Shown here: piece by piece, positions 27,041 through 41,067 of the stretch | How the letters are laid out: every line of letters starts with the position of its first letter | How positions within the stretch are numbered: the first letter of the stretch is position 1 | Position numbers and translations under genes: made by a program | Origin: the human T2T-CHM13v2.0 reference genome, Homo sapiens | Direction: 5' to 3' (one strand) | NCBI RefSeq assembly: GCF_009914755.1 | Contig: NC_060944.1 | Length of the DNA: 64,000 bases | The notes under the pieces: generated by a model | Told to the model about the DNA's origin: nothing | The model's database searches: none | The model's input: only the letters and a program-made list of their open reading frames with translations

Positions 27041-28154
27041 GAGATTTTTCTTTTAGTGACTTATTTGCTGCTATTGAAATGCCATATGCATTTTTTAAAC
27101 TGTACCATATTCTTATTTTTGTATACTCTTATTCTTCTGTCATTCTTGTTGGAATTGAGTGGTAACGATTAGTCAACACAAATAATTTCGTTATAATACT
27201 CCAATTACATTAGACTGAATTTGTCTTTGTGATGAAAGTTGATTAGTTGTTATGATTTACACCAATGAAAGGGACTAATAATTCAGTTCACCGATAAGAC
27301 TGGGAAGCAAGACTTACAAGGCATTTTCAAGTAAATTTGATTAAAACGTGGGGTTTTTCTTCTGCTCTTTCTTAAAATGAGGACAGTCCCCTTTCACTAC
27401 ATTCCTAAAATTAAAAGTTTACGTGTGTGTAGAGATTAAAAGAATAGCACAATGGCTTGTTGTGTATAAAAAATATCAAGTTTTGTATTTTTCAACATAA
27501 ATAGGAGTTGAACAGTATAGATTGCATTAAAATGTTTGAATGTTTTAATAATACAATAAAATAGATAATTAACTATTAACCTATTAAAATAGGTATGAAC
27601 TATTAGCATACCTTATGTAGGTGAGGATTGGTAGGCTATACTTCAAAATTGGCAGGAATGTTTTGCAATTATTCTTCTCAAGGTTATTAATGATTATTAA
27701 AAATTCTCTTGGTATTTTTTTTCAGAAACTTGCTCTTCTTTATTGTGTACAATGCCTGAAGGTTGTCTTAGAAGTAAGCTAGGCTAGCACTGGCTCTTCC
27801 CGTGCCAATCCAGATGTTCCTTTTGCAGGCAATTACTCCTCAGTTTATTTCCCCAGTTTATTTCCCGCCAAGGATTTGTCTTTTTCCAGGGAGCCAATTA
27901 TGCACGTCTTATACTATAATCTGTGTCACTTGAATCTGACCAAAAACTATGAAACAATTCACTTGTTGGGGATTCCTTTTCACAATTATCATTTTCCTGG
28001 GAAATTGCCTACTTTAGGAGGTTGTGCTACTTAAGATCTTCTACCAGAGAAATATTTGCGTCGCCAATGTATTGCTTAGCTTGCTTGTCTCCAGGCTCTA
28101 ACACAAATACCTAAAATAAATAAAGTATTAATTATGTAAAAAAAGTGAAAAATA

Positions 28155-28193
28155 CCTCGCTTATCCTCTTTTTCCTTCCTTTTGTATTTACAG
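28155..28193 (+). promoter_or_regulatory. MACROD2: 3' splice acceptor (polypyrimidine tract + CAG)
   Basis: cctcgcttatcctctttttccttccttttgtatttacag immediately precedes the exon. Confidence 0.93.
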
Positions 28194-28315
28194 ATGTCAT
28201 CCATACTGTAGGGCCAATAGCCAGGGGCCATATTAATGGTTCCCACAAGGAAGACCTTGCAAATTGCTATAAATCATCTCTGAAGCTCGTGAAAGAAAAT
28301 AACATCCGATCAGTT
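28194..28315 (+). CDS. MACROD2: Internal coding exon of MACROD2 (macrodomain; probably exon 6), 122 bp, phase 1 in / phase 0 out
   Basis: 2 nt (AT, completing Tyr) plus 40 codons VIHTVGPIARGHINGSHKEDLANCYKSSLKLVKENNIRSV. VIHTVGP is the macrodomain signature and the peptide matches human MACROD2 as recalled. Bounded by a polypyrimidine tract with CAG and by GTAAGT. Confidence 0.96.
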
Positions 28316-28321
28316 GTAAGT
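28313..28321 (+). promoter_or_regulatory. MACROD2: 5' splice donor GTT|GTAAGT
   Basis: Consensus intronic GTAAGT directly after the last codon (GTT). Confidence 0.93.
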
Positions 28322-30649
28322 AATTTTATGTTTTTTATTTCTCACTCTTTTTCAACCTTTATGCTTTAGTAATCTGTCTTGTCTAAAGAGAGGTAGGAAA
28401 CCATTTCCAAACTTTTGAGAACTAAGTTTAAGGATCTTAGTAGCCGATTTGGTTATCATGACTCTAATCTTTGATGTGCCATAAATATTTGCTAAATTTT
28501 TCATGATGTTTCAGAATTTAAAACTATAAAACCTCAGAACTGGATTTATCTTATCTACTTTTTCCTCTTTATTTTGCCACTTACTTTCTTTTGGAGAAAG
28601 TAAATATTATGGTAGTGGCCAGCAGATTTAAAGAAGGAAAATAGCAAGTGCTGAGTTTGTTATAATAGCGCACATTTAATATATATTGGTTGTATGCTTG
28701 TGCATTCTGGAGCCATGTTTAATCTCTATGTACATGCATGAATGTGTGCATGCATTCTCATGCTAGTGTCAGACATGATTTATCTGCAGGAAATTACTCT
28801 GCGTATGTATTTTAACCTGAATGTTGTTATTCTTTTAGATTTATTTTACTCTTATTAAACTAATATTCTGTAGGTGGTAGCTGGGTATACCACAGCTCTT
28901 CTAAGTTTTATCAGTAGACAAAGGGAGTTCAGAAAATGTGGATCTAATCTATTTCCTTACCAGTAGGCTGAGATGAAAGGAATTCTCTTCTAGCTGGATT
29001 TGGAGGTATTTACTCACCTGCTTTTCTTTTGCAACATGTTCTACCTTTATTACATCTCAATTACACCAAGAAAATCAAACTATAGAAAAACACACTGTAA
29101 ATATCTAATAATAAGTTAATTTGGCTGGAATCCCTTGGTTGTTCCCCCTCCCCCATATAGATTATAGCCTTGCTGAAATTGTGGGGCAGAAAAAATAGTT
29201 AAATGCTTGATTTCATAGCAGACTGAATAGATCAGCATTGCTTGATAGTTCACAGAGGTAGTGGTTTTATTATTTGCATGAAGAAATTTTGAGAAGCAGA
29301 TACATTTAGGTAACCCTGGATGGTTGTTATGCTTTTTGTGCATGATTGTAATTATGAAGTGCATTTTTCAATGCAACATTGGTGATTCTGCTTGAAATAA
29401 GGAAACTTTTCATGACCTAATTATATAGCCCTTTTTAATCTTTGGATAATTATTAACAGAGCTGGATATTTTATTTCTCTCTTTGATTTTCTAAAATTTT
29501 GTTCGCAAATGGCTCAATACATAAGATCCTATTCTCTCTTAGAGGTGAAAGCTGAAGTTCAAAGAGAATGGAGCAAAGTATACCACAAGACCAGTTGGTT
29601 AATTTTGTTCTCTATAGGAAAATAAGAAAAATCAAAACAGGTATGCACATTTAGGGAATAATTAAAATTTTGTCAATATGGCTTATTGATTTAAAAAAGC
29701 AAAAGACTGAAGTGCTTGGAAAATGGATATGTAGAGAAGTTTCCAACTTGGAAAATATGGATTTTGAGGCCTGAAGAGAATTTGCTAGTGGAATCACTGG
29801 CATCTCTAATGACTTGTTTTTAAAAGCCAAGAAAAAGTAAGAAGTAAGAAGTTTGTTAGAAACAGTATAAAAATAACATTCAACCTTTTAATAGAGAAAG
29901 GAATCTCTAACTGTAATTATCTTAAAACAATCGTGTTACTCTATTTGCTACCATTAGGTAAGCAATGGAAGAATTATGGGCTAAGTTAACTTTTTAACAG
30001 ATGGCATGCAGATGGGCTGAAGTAATGCTCCTGTAATACTCTAGTCATTCTTTGATAGGAATTAGATCTACCTTAACATCTTTGATGATTATTTTGAAGG
30101 GCCAATTACATATTACTTGAATGAAATTAGCAGGTAAGGCTGAACTGAATTCATCCCAATATTAGTAAATAAAAATGGAGATAGAAAATACACAAAATGT
30201 GGGAAGAAATGTCCAACGAAATTGATCATCATGTTTTGCATGGTAGACTACAGTTGCCATCAAATGTCTTGTCTCTTTTACACATAAAAAAGAAAAATAT
30301 TTTTCTTTTCTTTCTCCCTCCTTCCCTTCCTTCCTTTCTTCCTTTCTTCCTTTTTTTGGAGTAAATGGGGCTCTCTTCTTTATATGGTGTGTCATGTTCT
30401 TGATCACCATTAAATAAATAATAATGCTAATCTCATCACATTCTGATTATGTAGAGGGAAATAGAAAACTTTCAGAAACATGATTATGACTGGATACATG
30501 TTTTATAGTATAGGCTTGTATTTTGTCAACTTATCACAATAGATGGTAGACATGGTTGATATAAAAAGCCTGGTTATTAGGATGAAAAATAAACTTAACT
30601 TGAACTCATTTATATACATGTCAAAAAGAATTTCTCATAAATCCTTTTA

Positions 30650-30870
30650 TCAGAGTGGCTTAGTGTTTGCTTTGCCACTTATTACTGTGTGACTGTGGAC
30701 AAGTAATGTCAACATTTTGTAACTTTGGTTTCCACTTATAAAGAATCAGTAAATTACTACTGTTATTGCAGACCTGTCCAACTCATGTGGCTGTTGTTAT
30801 AGGGATCAGTCGGGATAATGTGTATAAGATAATTGGAGGAATGGAATTCTCTGAAAAGTATTTGACAATG
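30650..30870 (+). mobile_element. MIR
   Basis: tgccacttattactgtgtgactgtggacaagt...ttggtttccacttataaa. Confidence 0.6.
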
Positions 30871-32168
30871 TTACTTCAAATATAAGATGTTTTCACACCT
30901 TATGATTTGGCAATTTAAGGAAATATCACTTATTTCTTTGATATCTATTCTGAACACCAGAACTCTAGACATTTACCATGTAATTTCTTGATGTTTTTAA
31001 ACAACAGGGAAATGTCCAGGAATAAATTAAATATTTGATAGGCACCACTTTTCTGCTAAGGTTAAACCAAAGGCTTTAGGATCACAGCACAGGATCCAAC
31101 ATATATATTCTTATTCTTATTTTACCAAAAGAATAGATTCTTCAAATATTTTTAATGGATGTAAGACAAGTAGTATGATAATTTATTTAATAAATATGAA
31201 TAAGACCTACTGTGTACCCTGACGTTATCAGGTAACTTCCGTGACAAAGAGAGGATCTAGTGGTTGTTTTCTAACAAAATGTGACTCCATCTTATGACCA
31301 CCTAGACAAATAAATGGACAAGATCATCATGTCCACTGTGTGATTTGAGAATACTCTGTAGTTCTCTTATCACTTTTAAATATCTTCCCAGAGATGCATG
31401 AAATTCCATAATTAATGAGTAATTTAGGATGTTAAGGCATTGTTCTTTCTCTGCAAATTTCCTTTAAAATGCAGATACTCATAAGATCAGTAGATAATTA
31501 ATTTTCTAATACATTAATATGAAGAAATTTATCAAATTACTTTTCATGTTGACAGGATAAATTAGAGTATGATAAAAGTACTGAGCACCTTAGCCTGGGG
31601 GAGGAGAATTGGAGAAAGGTCTGAAAGGAGATGGAGAAAAACAGAAAAAAGAGTAGGGTATAAATAAATTTCACCTACCTCTCAGTTTTGCTAAGAGGAG
31701 ATCATTCTTGAATAGTAGAGAGGGAAATGTTATAGTCATACATAATTATTTAGAAATAAGATACTGATTTGGGCGTAAGATGTGTTGTGGATAAAAATTT
31801 TTACCATGAAAAAATACTATATATTTTATTAACTTAGGGGAAAAAATTCATTACATTTCTGTTCTCCATGCATTCTTTGTAACAGCTGTTTTTTCATACC
31901 TATCCACATTTGCTTTAGGTGGTAAAGGAAAAAGATAAATTAATCAACAAATCAAATGGCTCATTTTACGATGGCATTTCTTTTATGAATGATGATTTAG
32001 TGCTTAATATCAGGAAATATTTAAATGTAAGATTTTAATCCTGATTCTCCTTCTAATCTTACCGTAAATCGTTTCAATTGAAAAAATATGACCAATCTTT
32101 CATGCCTCCTAGACCTAGTCTGTGCAAGTTTATTTCTTCCAAATATTATTCCTTATTCCAAATATTAA

Positions 32169-32584
<416 letters not shown>

Positions 32585-35191
32585 TATATATATATATTCT
32601 TGACAACCTTGAGATTGTTGATTGCAAGATAGGCAAAATTTAAGGCACCATGAAGAGGATAATTAGCAGTACAAACTGGAAATTGGAGTGGGAATAAAAG
32701 AAAACTTTAAAAGAAGACCAGGGAGCCTACAGATTTTCTCTGTAAAACCTTGGGAAAGACAAAGATATAGCTGTCAAAAAAGAAAAAAGACCCAGGTTGA
32801 ATCCCAGAAGTCTAATGCATATGACCTGAGGAATGCATAGTCAGACCAGTGAAATCAAGCATCTAAATTATGTTGATTTCTAGAACAACAGTATATCCTG
32901 AAACAATGAAAACTACACATATACATGATATCCTTGGCTATATATATCTAAAACATACTAACAGAAATCGTGTATATTGGTGAAAATCTTGGTGAAATCT
33001 CGGGGTGAGCGTAGGGGTGAAGACAAGAAAGAAAAATTTCTATTGAGCCAGGGCTGGAAAATGAAAATGCCTAATTTTGTATCCAATATCACCACGCACT
33101 GATGGAGAGGATACATAGATATTTTCTTATATATCATGCTGTCTTTATTCTTTTTGTTTGTGAGCACAGAAATATTTTGTAATGATTTTTATGTGTTTAT
33201 CCTGACTTCTGTTTCCCTTCTTTTAACATCATGTTCATTTTTAAAAAACTAATCCATGTCATACAAAAAGTATCACAGCAATTTCTTCTTCTAGCACCAG
33301 TTAAAAGGCATAGATTTATATTTGTCAATCATATTAGGTATTTGAGAAAACTATTTTCACTGATGAAATACAATGCACCCTGTCTGACATTCTTTGAATG
33401 ACAACGTGTAATAGAGTAGATGTTTTATTTTGAAAAAAACATAATCTGCATATAAGCCAGATTTTACTTAGGTTAAAAATTATTTTCCCATGAAAATAAA
33501 TACTAATTGACATAGGAATTTGGTGATTTTATGTGATTATGGGCAGACTAAAACTTGTATGTTTGTTTAAATGGTGTATGCTACCTGTGATTTCCACAAG
33601 CATCATGCTAGATGATTTTTTTGAATGAAAAAACATTGTAAATTTTTGTTAGTAGGAACCACCCAACTTCAATAGGGATCCCTCAGAGCTAACTGATGTT
33701 CCTTCCTTGAGTCATAGATCTTGAGAAGCAAGAGCTTCCAATGGGAAAGATGATGGGCCTGCAAATTCAGTACTACCTCTAGGCATTGTGGCAATCAAGC
33801 AGTTTTGGAATTCTGCATTTAGTTGTTCCACTGTAGTGTAGGTTTTCATTTTAAGGCGTAGTCAAGTGAATCTTATTTTCTTATACAAGTTCCCTTCTGA
33901 GAGGGTTGCCATGGCAATGAGTTCTCAGCCTGAAATTCTTAAATGTTGGTTTTATTTCATTATCTGAGTTTCCATTACAGGCCACATCAATCAATGCAGT
34001 TCTCTATTCAAGAACACGTCTGCAGCCTTAAAAAGCTGACCCTTTCATTTGGTACCTCTGCTCCTCTGCCTAACTTGATGTCACCATTTCCCAGACAACT
34101 CTTCATCTCCAAGAACCCTCTTCTACAGGGCTGTCAATTTGATCTTTTCCAGTTTCCTTTTAGGCAATATCTAGTCTTGGTTCTCACCTGTCTCATTTTC
34201 TCATTTATAAAGGGTAATACCAAGTCTCTATGTCTTCCCTGGTTGGGTTTCTAACAGCTGTGTGACTAACAATACTATTAATAAGTAACAAGAACAAAGG
34301 CACTTTTGCATTTGTGCATCACTCTACAGTTTACAGCAGTGTATTCCTATACATCATCTCATTTATTTTTCAAATTCTCTAACTTGCTGCCACTGTTACT
34401 TTGATTTAGCCAGTGTGGGAAAAAGCTAACTCAAGACTTTTCCTTTCTTCTTTTCCCCTACATTCACGTTTCGTAAGATCTCCTCAGAGGGCACAGAGGT
34501 ACACAGGTTATTGTTACTGGGAGTGACAAGTGACAGGACAGGCAGCAGAGTCGAGGAGGAGGGCGGGCATGGAATGATAGTAAATTCACAGGCTGTGCCT
34601 TGGAAACAGATAGTTATACAACCAAACCCACATTGACAGATCCTGCACAATTTGTGTCTTCTGGTGGCCACACCAGAGAGATGATTTGAGTTAGAGGGGT
34701 GAATGAGATCAATCATTGAGCCATGAAATATAGTAATAAGAATAGCAAATGTTTCTGAACTCCCACTTGGTGCCAGGCACTGTGTTTTAGTCATTAATTC
34801 TCAAAACAATCCTGAGTTAGAAAATGTGATTTCTTCCATCTTAGAGATGAGGAATATGCACCAGAAGGAAACTGCCTTCCCTGTGGCTCAATTCCTCATC
34901 CAAGGATATGAGCCAAAACCAAGGTGATGCATATCGTGATTCTGTTTCTCCACTAGCTAAGCATTATGTTGACGACCGTAACTCCATGCATTCTGTGGGC
35001 TATTACACTAACCTGCCATCTGTAGGTTGGACCTGTAACACTACTGGTCTTAGCTCAAGTGAATTAAGGTCTTACCTTGAACAAAAAGTTGAGGTGGGAT
35101 TTAAACTGAGGTAGTCTAAATCTAGTGGCCTAAGCCACTGTGAAGTTCCTTTTTCTTTCCTCCATTATTATGTGCCTTTTTTTGTCTAAAC

Positions 35192-36375
35192 CAGTGGTTC
35201 TCAGTGGGTGTAGCACTGCCCTCTAGGGACCATTTTGTGAGGGTGGTTTTGGGCAGTGACAACAACTAGGGAGTGCCACAAGCATTTTGTGGGCAGGGAC
35301 AGGGATGTTGTGACATGTGGTCTGGCCAAGCCCACATGGGAAAACTGTCCCTCCTCCCACACAATGTTTTAACGTTTTGCCAGACAGTCATATAAGTGAA
35401 AACCTGTTTATAAACACCAAGATACATCAAAACAAAGCCTCTCTCTCTTTTTCACTGTATCCTGGACTATCATGAAAATTAAAGGAAGCTTGTACTTAGT
35501 TTGCTTAGAACTTTACCAAGAGTGCCTGAGAAAATTATGCTACAGATGGCCATGCCCAAGCAGCAGGAGAGTTTTTCACACCTGGTTGAGTCCACATTTA
35601 GAGAATTTTTTTTGTAGTGATTCTACGTAGTGAAGCAAACATCTTCCTTCTTCATTGCGTGTTCTAGTGTATTCATGCCCTTGTCTTTACATGTTGAAAA
35701 TAGAATTTTACTATAAATACTTTCATTTTAAATCATTTTCATATCACACTTATGGCACTCTATTGATTTTTTTTAAATTGATGTGTTGTTTTCATTTGGC
35801 TTCCCTTGGGAACAGACCCTGAGCCAAGGTGTTGTGTGCACGTGCTTTCTATAGGAGGTGATGACAGGGAACAGCGCAGAGGAGTGGGGATGTGAGGAAG
35901 GGAAGAAAAAGCAGCCAGGAGGAGTGGGAGTGTTATAAGTTGGCAGTGTGGACAAGTGGGGCTCTGTCTTGCTGGGGAGCTCTCAGCAACCATGTAGAAC
36001 ATGCCTAGAAGTGGTCCCATCTGAGGGAGGAGAAAAGCTGGACTATTTTTTTTTTTTATCTTTCCCCCTTCATCAGCTGGCTGAGGACTGCTCCTGGGTC
36101 ATTAACTTCCCAGCATTTCTTATCTGCCCGCTTGGGCAGGCAGAAGGAAAAAGCTCAGGCAGAGAGTGACAGCAAGGGTATTTGCTAGAAGATGCTGTGA
36201 ATGGGCATGTGCTAGAATGATGAGAACTGGGCAGATATGGGTGGGGCACTGATGCCTGTTTCATGTGTGCAGATGAGTGTTAATATTGATAAATGTCATT
36301 TCTGCATAGCAAGGGGACTTTACAAAATATTTGTTATAAAAGGGTTTGCTGAGCCTGATAGAATTGAGAGCATTG
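35192..36375 (+). mobile_element. MER20B-like hAT-Charlie element, interrupted by an LTR16
   Basis: TIRs cagtggttctca / ttgagagcattg, hAT-like targets gtctaaac/gtttaagt, MER20-type 5' end. Confidence 0.7.
35783..36263 (-). mobile_element. LTR16-family ERVL LTR
   Basis: gaacagaccctgagccaagg...ggaggtgat...gtgaggaagggaagaaaaagcagcca, ending ggggcactgatgcctgtttca. Confidence 0.65.
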
Positions 36376-38675
36376 GTTTAAGTTAAACAGAGTTTCTAAT
36401 AGAGCAAAGCTACATTGAATATGCTAAACACAGGTTGCTCAAAGATTTTTATTCTTAAAGTTAGGCATCCAAATTATCTGCTTCTTTAAGCATAGTGTGA
36501 TATAGATGTCATAAAAATGGTAATTGATGTGACTGGCCTTATATCCTATAGAATACATGGTCTTATGAAAGTGAATGTAATGCTTAGCTAATAGAAAAAC
36601 AATATCACGTGTTGTGTCACCTTAGTTAAAGTTTTTTCAAGATCTCATAATCCTAACCTTTGATTCATCATGCAAATTACGGAAGAGTTGGCCACCCAAG
36701 GTTGAATGCATGTAAAGTTGTCCATCAATCAGAAGACACATATTAGAGGTGAGCAATTTAAGCAGGAGTCTACCTTTGATTTTATTCTAATATAAAGTTT
36801 CTTTCAAATTATGTGTTCTTTCAATGATTTGGGAAATATATTGTCATATATTTCCTTCAAAAATCTTACTTTAGGACCGTGATCAATTCTTTTTGTAAGA
36901 GTGTCTGAAACTTTTTGCTTTATTTCATCTACAATTTGAAAGAATTATTTTTAGTCACTTGTATATTCTGCAGATGTAAGTCTACTAGCAAGACCAAGAA
37001 AACTATGTTTAAAATGAAAGTATAAAACATCTCAATTTGGCTGGATTTGTCAACATAATTATTTTCTGTTCTTTTATCAGGCTAGGGAACATTCTCAGGA
37101 AAATCACTATTGGTTTCTACAACAGTGTCTTCCAGAGGAAATACTGGCCTAGCACACTGTCAAAGAGAGTATATTACAGTGAAATTTGTATAGAAACAGT
37201 AAAGAGATTTGCAATGCAAGCTTTCATCTTGAGTGCTTTATTTTTCCCTGACCTGAGCGGCAGTTATTAGATCACTGTATCATGAGGAAATAGTCAATTG
37301 AAGACACGGACCACAGAGTCCCAAGCCTGACATTAGGTTTGAACAATTGGGCAATTTTGGCATATATCTAGAGGGTTAATAGTATAGAGCAAAGGCAATG
37401 GCTTTAAACCAAACATTTTTTCTTGCAAATGTTCAGATTTTTTTTTTTTTTTTTGGAGAGCAATTGCAATGTATGGAATCTAAGCTATTCTTAAGGTGTT
37501 GAACTCAGAAACCAAAGGAGAAAGAACAAGTAAAAACAATAAAAAATTTAAAATAAAAACAAATCTGTCAGTGGAAAGAAAGCTTTCTTGACTTGTTTAT
37601 GTACAATTCAATGGAGTTGCAAAGAGGATTTTTTTTAATGGAAAACATGTCACAGATTGGGTTCAAGCTGCACTTTAGCTATTTTTGTTTGTTTATTTTA
37701 TACACACACAAACACATACCCTTCAAAACTGTGCAAAGTGAAATATTTGCTTTCCTGGATGTCTTATCAAAGTGGTATAGTTTGAATTTATAATTATGAA
37801 TTAAGTTCAGCAGTATATTAAACACCTAGATTTCAGCCCATACGAGTAACTTTAGTGCAGTCTCTCCATCTCTTCTGAGCCCATGTTCTGAAAATTTCCC
37901 TGCTCCCAGTATACTAGCAGGTAAGCTATCCCGGAGGATGCACAACAGAAAAGCTTATAGACCAAATTAAGAGGCATGACTCACATTGACTCAAGGAGAA
38001 AGAAGCCAGGAGAAAGAAAGAAATAGGTTAACACACTTAGACTAGGTGACAAATGTGTGGAAGAACCTCATTTTCTGGTTATGCTGTGTTTGAATGCTCT
38101 CTTTACCATCTCTACCCTCTCAATGGTGATGTGGTTATGAGGACCATAGTTGAGGTTTGAACAAGGGAGCATGGCAGATGGTGAGTGCCTGGGGCCCACT
38201 ACACACACTTGCTCTATCAGAAAGACAGGGGCAAGTGGGCCTGGCCGGTATCTCATCAGTTCATTGGTGAACAGCAGGGGGGTTTACCTCCATTTCTGTC
38301 AGAGAAGATGTAAGGCCAAATGAGACTATAATGAGTATCACCAATGGGAGGATAATTTGAGGATAACATTGCTGTCACTCTAGAGGTGACATGATTCATG
38401 CTTCTGACCTGTTCTTACCATTCTTTTCCATTTTGAAATGACAATCTTGTTTGTTCCATCCTTTTTATCATATAGCATGTCTTAGAGGTTACTTAGTACT
38501 GCATTTAACACAATTCTATGAATCCTGCCTATATCTCAAAATCTGCTCGCTTAGTTATTATCAACACTTAACACGAGTTATATATCCCATTTGTTTTTAT
38601 TTTCTTCTATAGAAGAATTGAATATTCTCAAATAATACAGCAAGCATATTACACTTTTTATAAGATGGGATGACA

Positions 38676-38842
38676 GCTAGGTGTGGTGGTGCACACCTAG
38701 AGTCCCAGCTACTCAGGAGGCTGAGACAGAAGGATCATTTGAGCCCACGAGTTAGTTATGATCGCACCACTGCACTACAGCCTCAGTGACAGAGTGAGAC
38801 CCAGATACCCAGTCTAAAAAGAAAAGAAGAAGAAGAAAAAGG
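38676..38842 (+). mobile_element. Alu monomer (FRAM-like)
   Basis: gtcccagctactcaggaggctgag...gacagagtgagaccc, with degenerate TSD aagatgggatgaca/aaaatgggataaca. Confidence 0.8.
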
Positions 38843-38900
38843 AAAATGGGATAACATATATCAGTAACTAATCATTTTAACTGGGTGATGGGCAGGTTCT

Positions 38901-39280
38901 ATGTATGGACTGAATTGTGTCCCATCAAAATTCATACATTAAATCTCTAACCCCCAATGTGATGGTATATAGAGATGGGACCTTTGGGAGGTGATTAGAC
39001 TTAAATGAGTTGATAAGGATGGGGCCCTGAAGATGGAATTACTGCTGTGATAATAAGAGACACCAGAGGCCTTGCTTCCCCTGACTCTTGGCTTCTCAAG
39101 GATACAGCTAGAAGGCAGCCTTCTGAAAGACAGGAAGAGAGCCCTCACAGGGGAACAGAATTGTCCAGAACCTTGTTCTTGTTCTTTCCAACCTCCAGAA
39201 CTGTGAGAAATAATAAATTCCTGTTGTTTAAGCCTCCTGGCCTATGGTATTTTGTATGGCATCCAGAGCTGATTAATGCA
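38901..39280 (+). mobile_element. MLT1A/MSTD-like MaLR solo LTR
   Basis: tatggactgaattgtgtccc..aaaattcata...taacccccaatgtgatggtat...cctccagaactgtgagaaa...gctgattaatgca. Confidence 0.85.
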
Positions 39281-40231
39281 GTGAGTATGCAGGCATTCAT
39301 TATACCATTCTCTCTGTTTGTGTATGTTTGAAATTTTCCGTAACAAAGCAAACTTAAATGTTTAAATATATAAAAGAGAATGATAGATTATAACAGTATG
39401 TACTTCCTAGGATTATTGTGAGGCTATAAAGAAGGAATATTTGTAAAGTTCTCAGTAGATTACATAGCTTATTAAAAATAATTTACCTGACAGATATGTT
39501 TTAAGCAACTATTATGTTTCAATCACTGGTCAAAGTACTTGAGATATAGCTGCCCTTGTGGAGCTTACATTCTACTGATAGCAGTTTTCATTATTGTTAA
39601 TAGATGGTTTCACATCATTTCTAGATGCTGTGACATTCATTATTATTACATTCTTGGGCAATTATCTCATTACCATTGCATTTTTTTCTTATTTTTGTGA
39701 TTTCTGAATCTTTAAAAAGCTAAGAAGGTGATAGAACTGAGTAGAGATCCAGCAAGTGGCAATTCTATGAAATAGTAATAATATAACCCTCAGTTAACAT
39801 ACATCCATACAAACAGACAACTATGTAACCAGGCCTGTATTACTGAAGATCATGTTTTATTGGGCAGTATGGTGAATCAATCAGGACGCTGTCTTGCAGA
39901 ACAAGTGAAACATACCACTACATAAAGTCTTCAAAACAATGAAAATCCAGAAACAGCTTCTCAAGCATTTGATGTTTTTCAATGTAAAAAAATAGATATT
40001 TAGGGTATTTCTCTCAAAAAAAAAAAAAAAAAAAAGGAATAGCTCAAATCTATGCTAAATACTTTAAATTCCTTGGGCTATTTGGCTACCCTAGGGAAAC
40101 AAGGACTCATAGAAATTGTGGTCAGAAGCATGAATAAGGAATAGGTGACATGTTCTGTTGCTCACAATAGAACCAATTCTCCATTAGGTTCAGGCTTTAT
40201 TTTTTTTCCTTCAACAAAATGCAATTAGATT

Positions 40232-40545
40232 CTCCAAGGCATGTATTAAATATGAAAGAACAGACACTGACTTTGTAGTGGAGAAACCCAGCAGATACCA
40301 CCATAATCAAGTGATCAAGATTAAGATAATCAGTAATGAGATATGTCAACATTATGAACCTCTTGGTATAATGGATCAAGAAAGACACTACATCACTGCT
40401 ATGGTATTCTTGCCATAGCCACAGTCCAGTCATAACCATAGTCTAATCATGAGAAACTATAGGCGGACCTCCAAAGAGGGACATTCAACAAAATAGGTAA
40501 TTAATACTCTTCACAACTGTCAAAATCATAAAAGAAAATGAAAAG
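40232..40545 (+). mobile_element. L1MC/MD 3' UTR fragment
   Basis: actttgtagtggagaaaccc...aatcaagtgatcaag...gtctaatcatgagaaa...gagggacattcaacaaaat. Confidence 0.7.
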
Positions 40546-40548
40546 CTA

Positions 40549-40870
40549 GGTTTATTCTTCTCATATTGTTATGGCATATTACATTAATTGTTTTTCAAGT
40601 GTTAAACCAGCCATACATTCCTGAGATAAATCCCATTTAGTTGTGTCATGTAATTCATAATCATTTTTATATGCTGTTGGATTATTTTTTATATAATAAG
40701 TGTTTGAGAATTTCTGCATCTATATTCATAAGAGATACTGGTCTTCAGTTTGCCTTTATTGTGATGTCTTTGTTTTTGGTGTTATAGAATAACTTCAGAA
40801 GTGTTATCTCTTCTTCTATTTTTTGAGAGAGTTTGTGAAGCATTGGTATTCTTTAAATGTTTAGGAGTAG
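40549..40870 (-). mobile_element. L1M ORF2 fragment
   Basis: gttaaaccagccatacattcctgagataaatccc...tttctgcatctatattcataagagatactggtct. Confidence 0.7.
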
Positions 40871-41067
40871 ATTTAATAATTTTTAAGCTATCGTAAGAAA
40901 ACATTTATTTAGTTCATATTTGTGGTATCTAATAAATGACCAAGAAACAGGATCTAGTAGTATATTTTTAAAAATGTAAAAATTAGAAATTCATAGCACA
41001 TGCATTTTGGTTTTTAAATTAAAAATATTTGCTTACAGGTTTTATTATTTCACAGCTACTTTGCCAA

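Noticed and set aside
28145-28369. 74-aa ORF as a standalone gene
   Set aside because: It is the MACROD2 exon read through both splice sites; the ends are intron.
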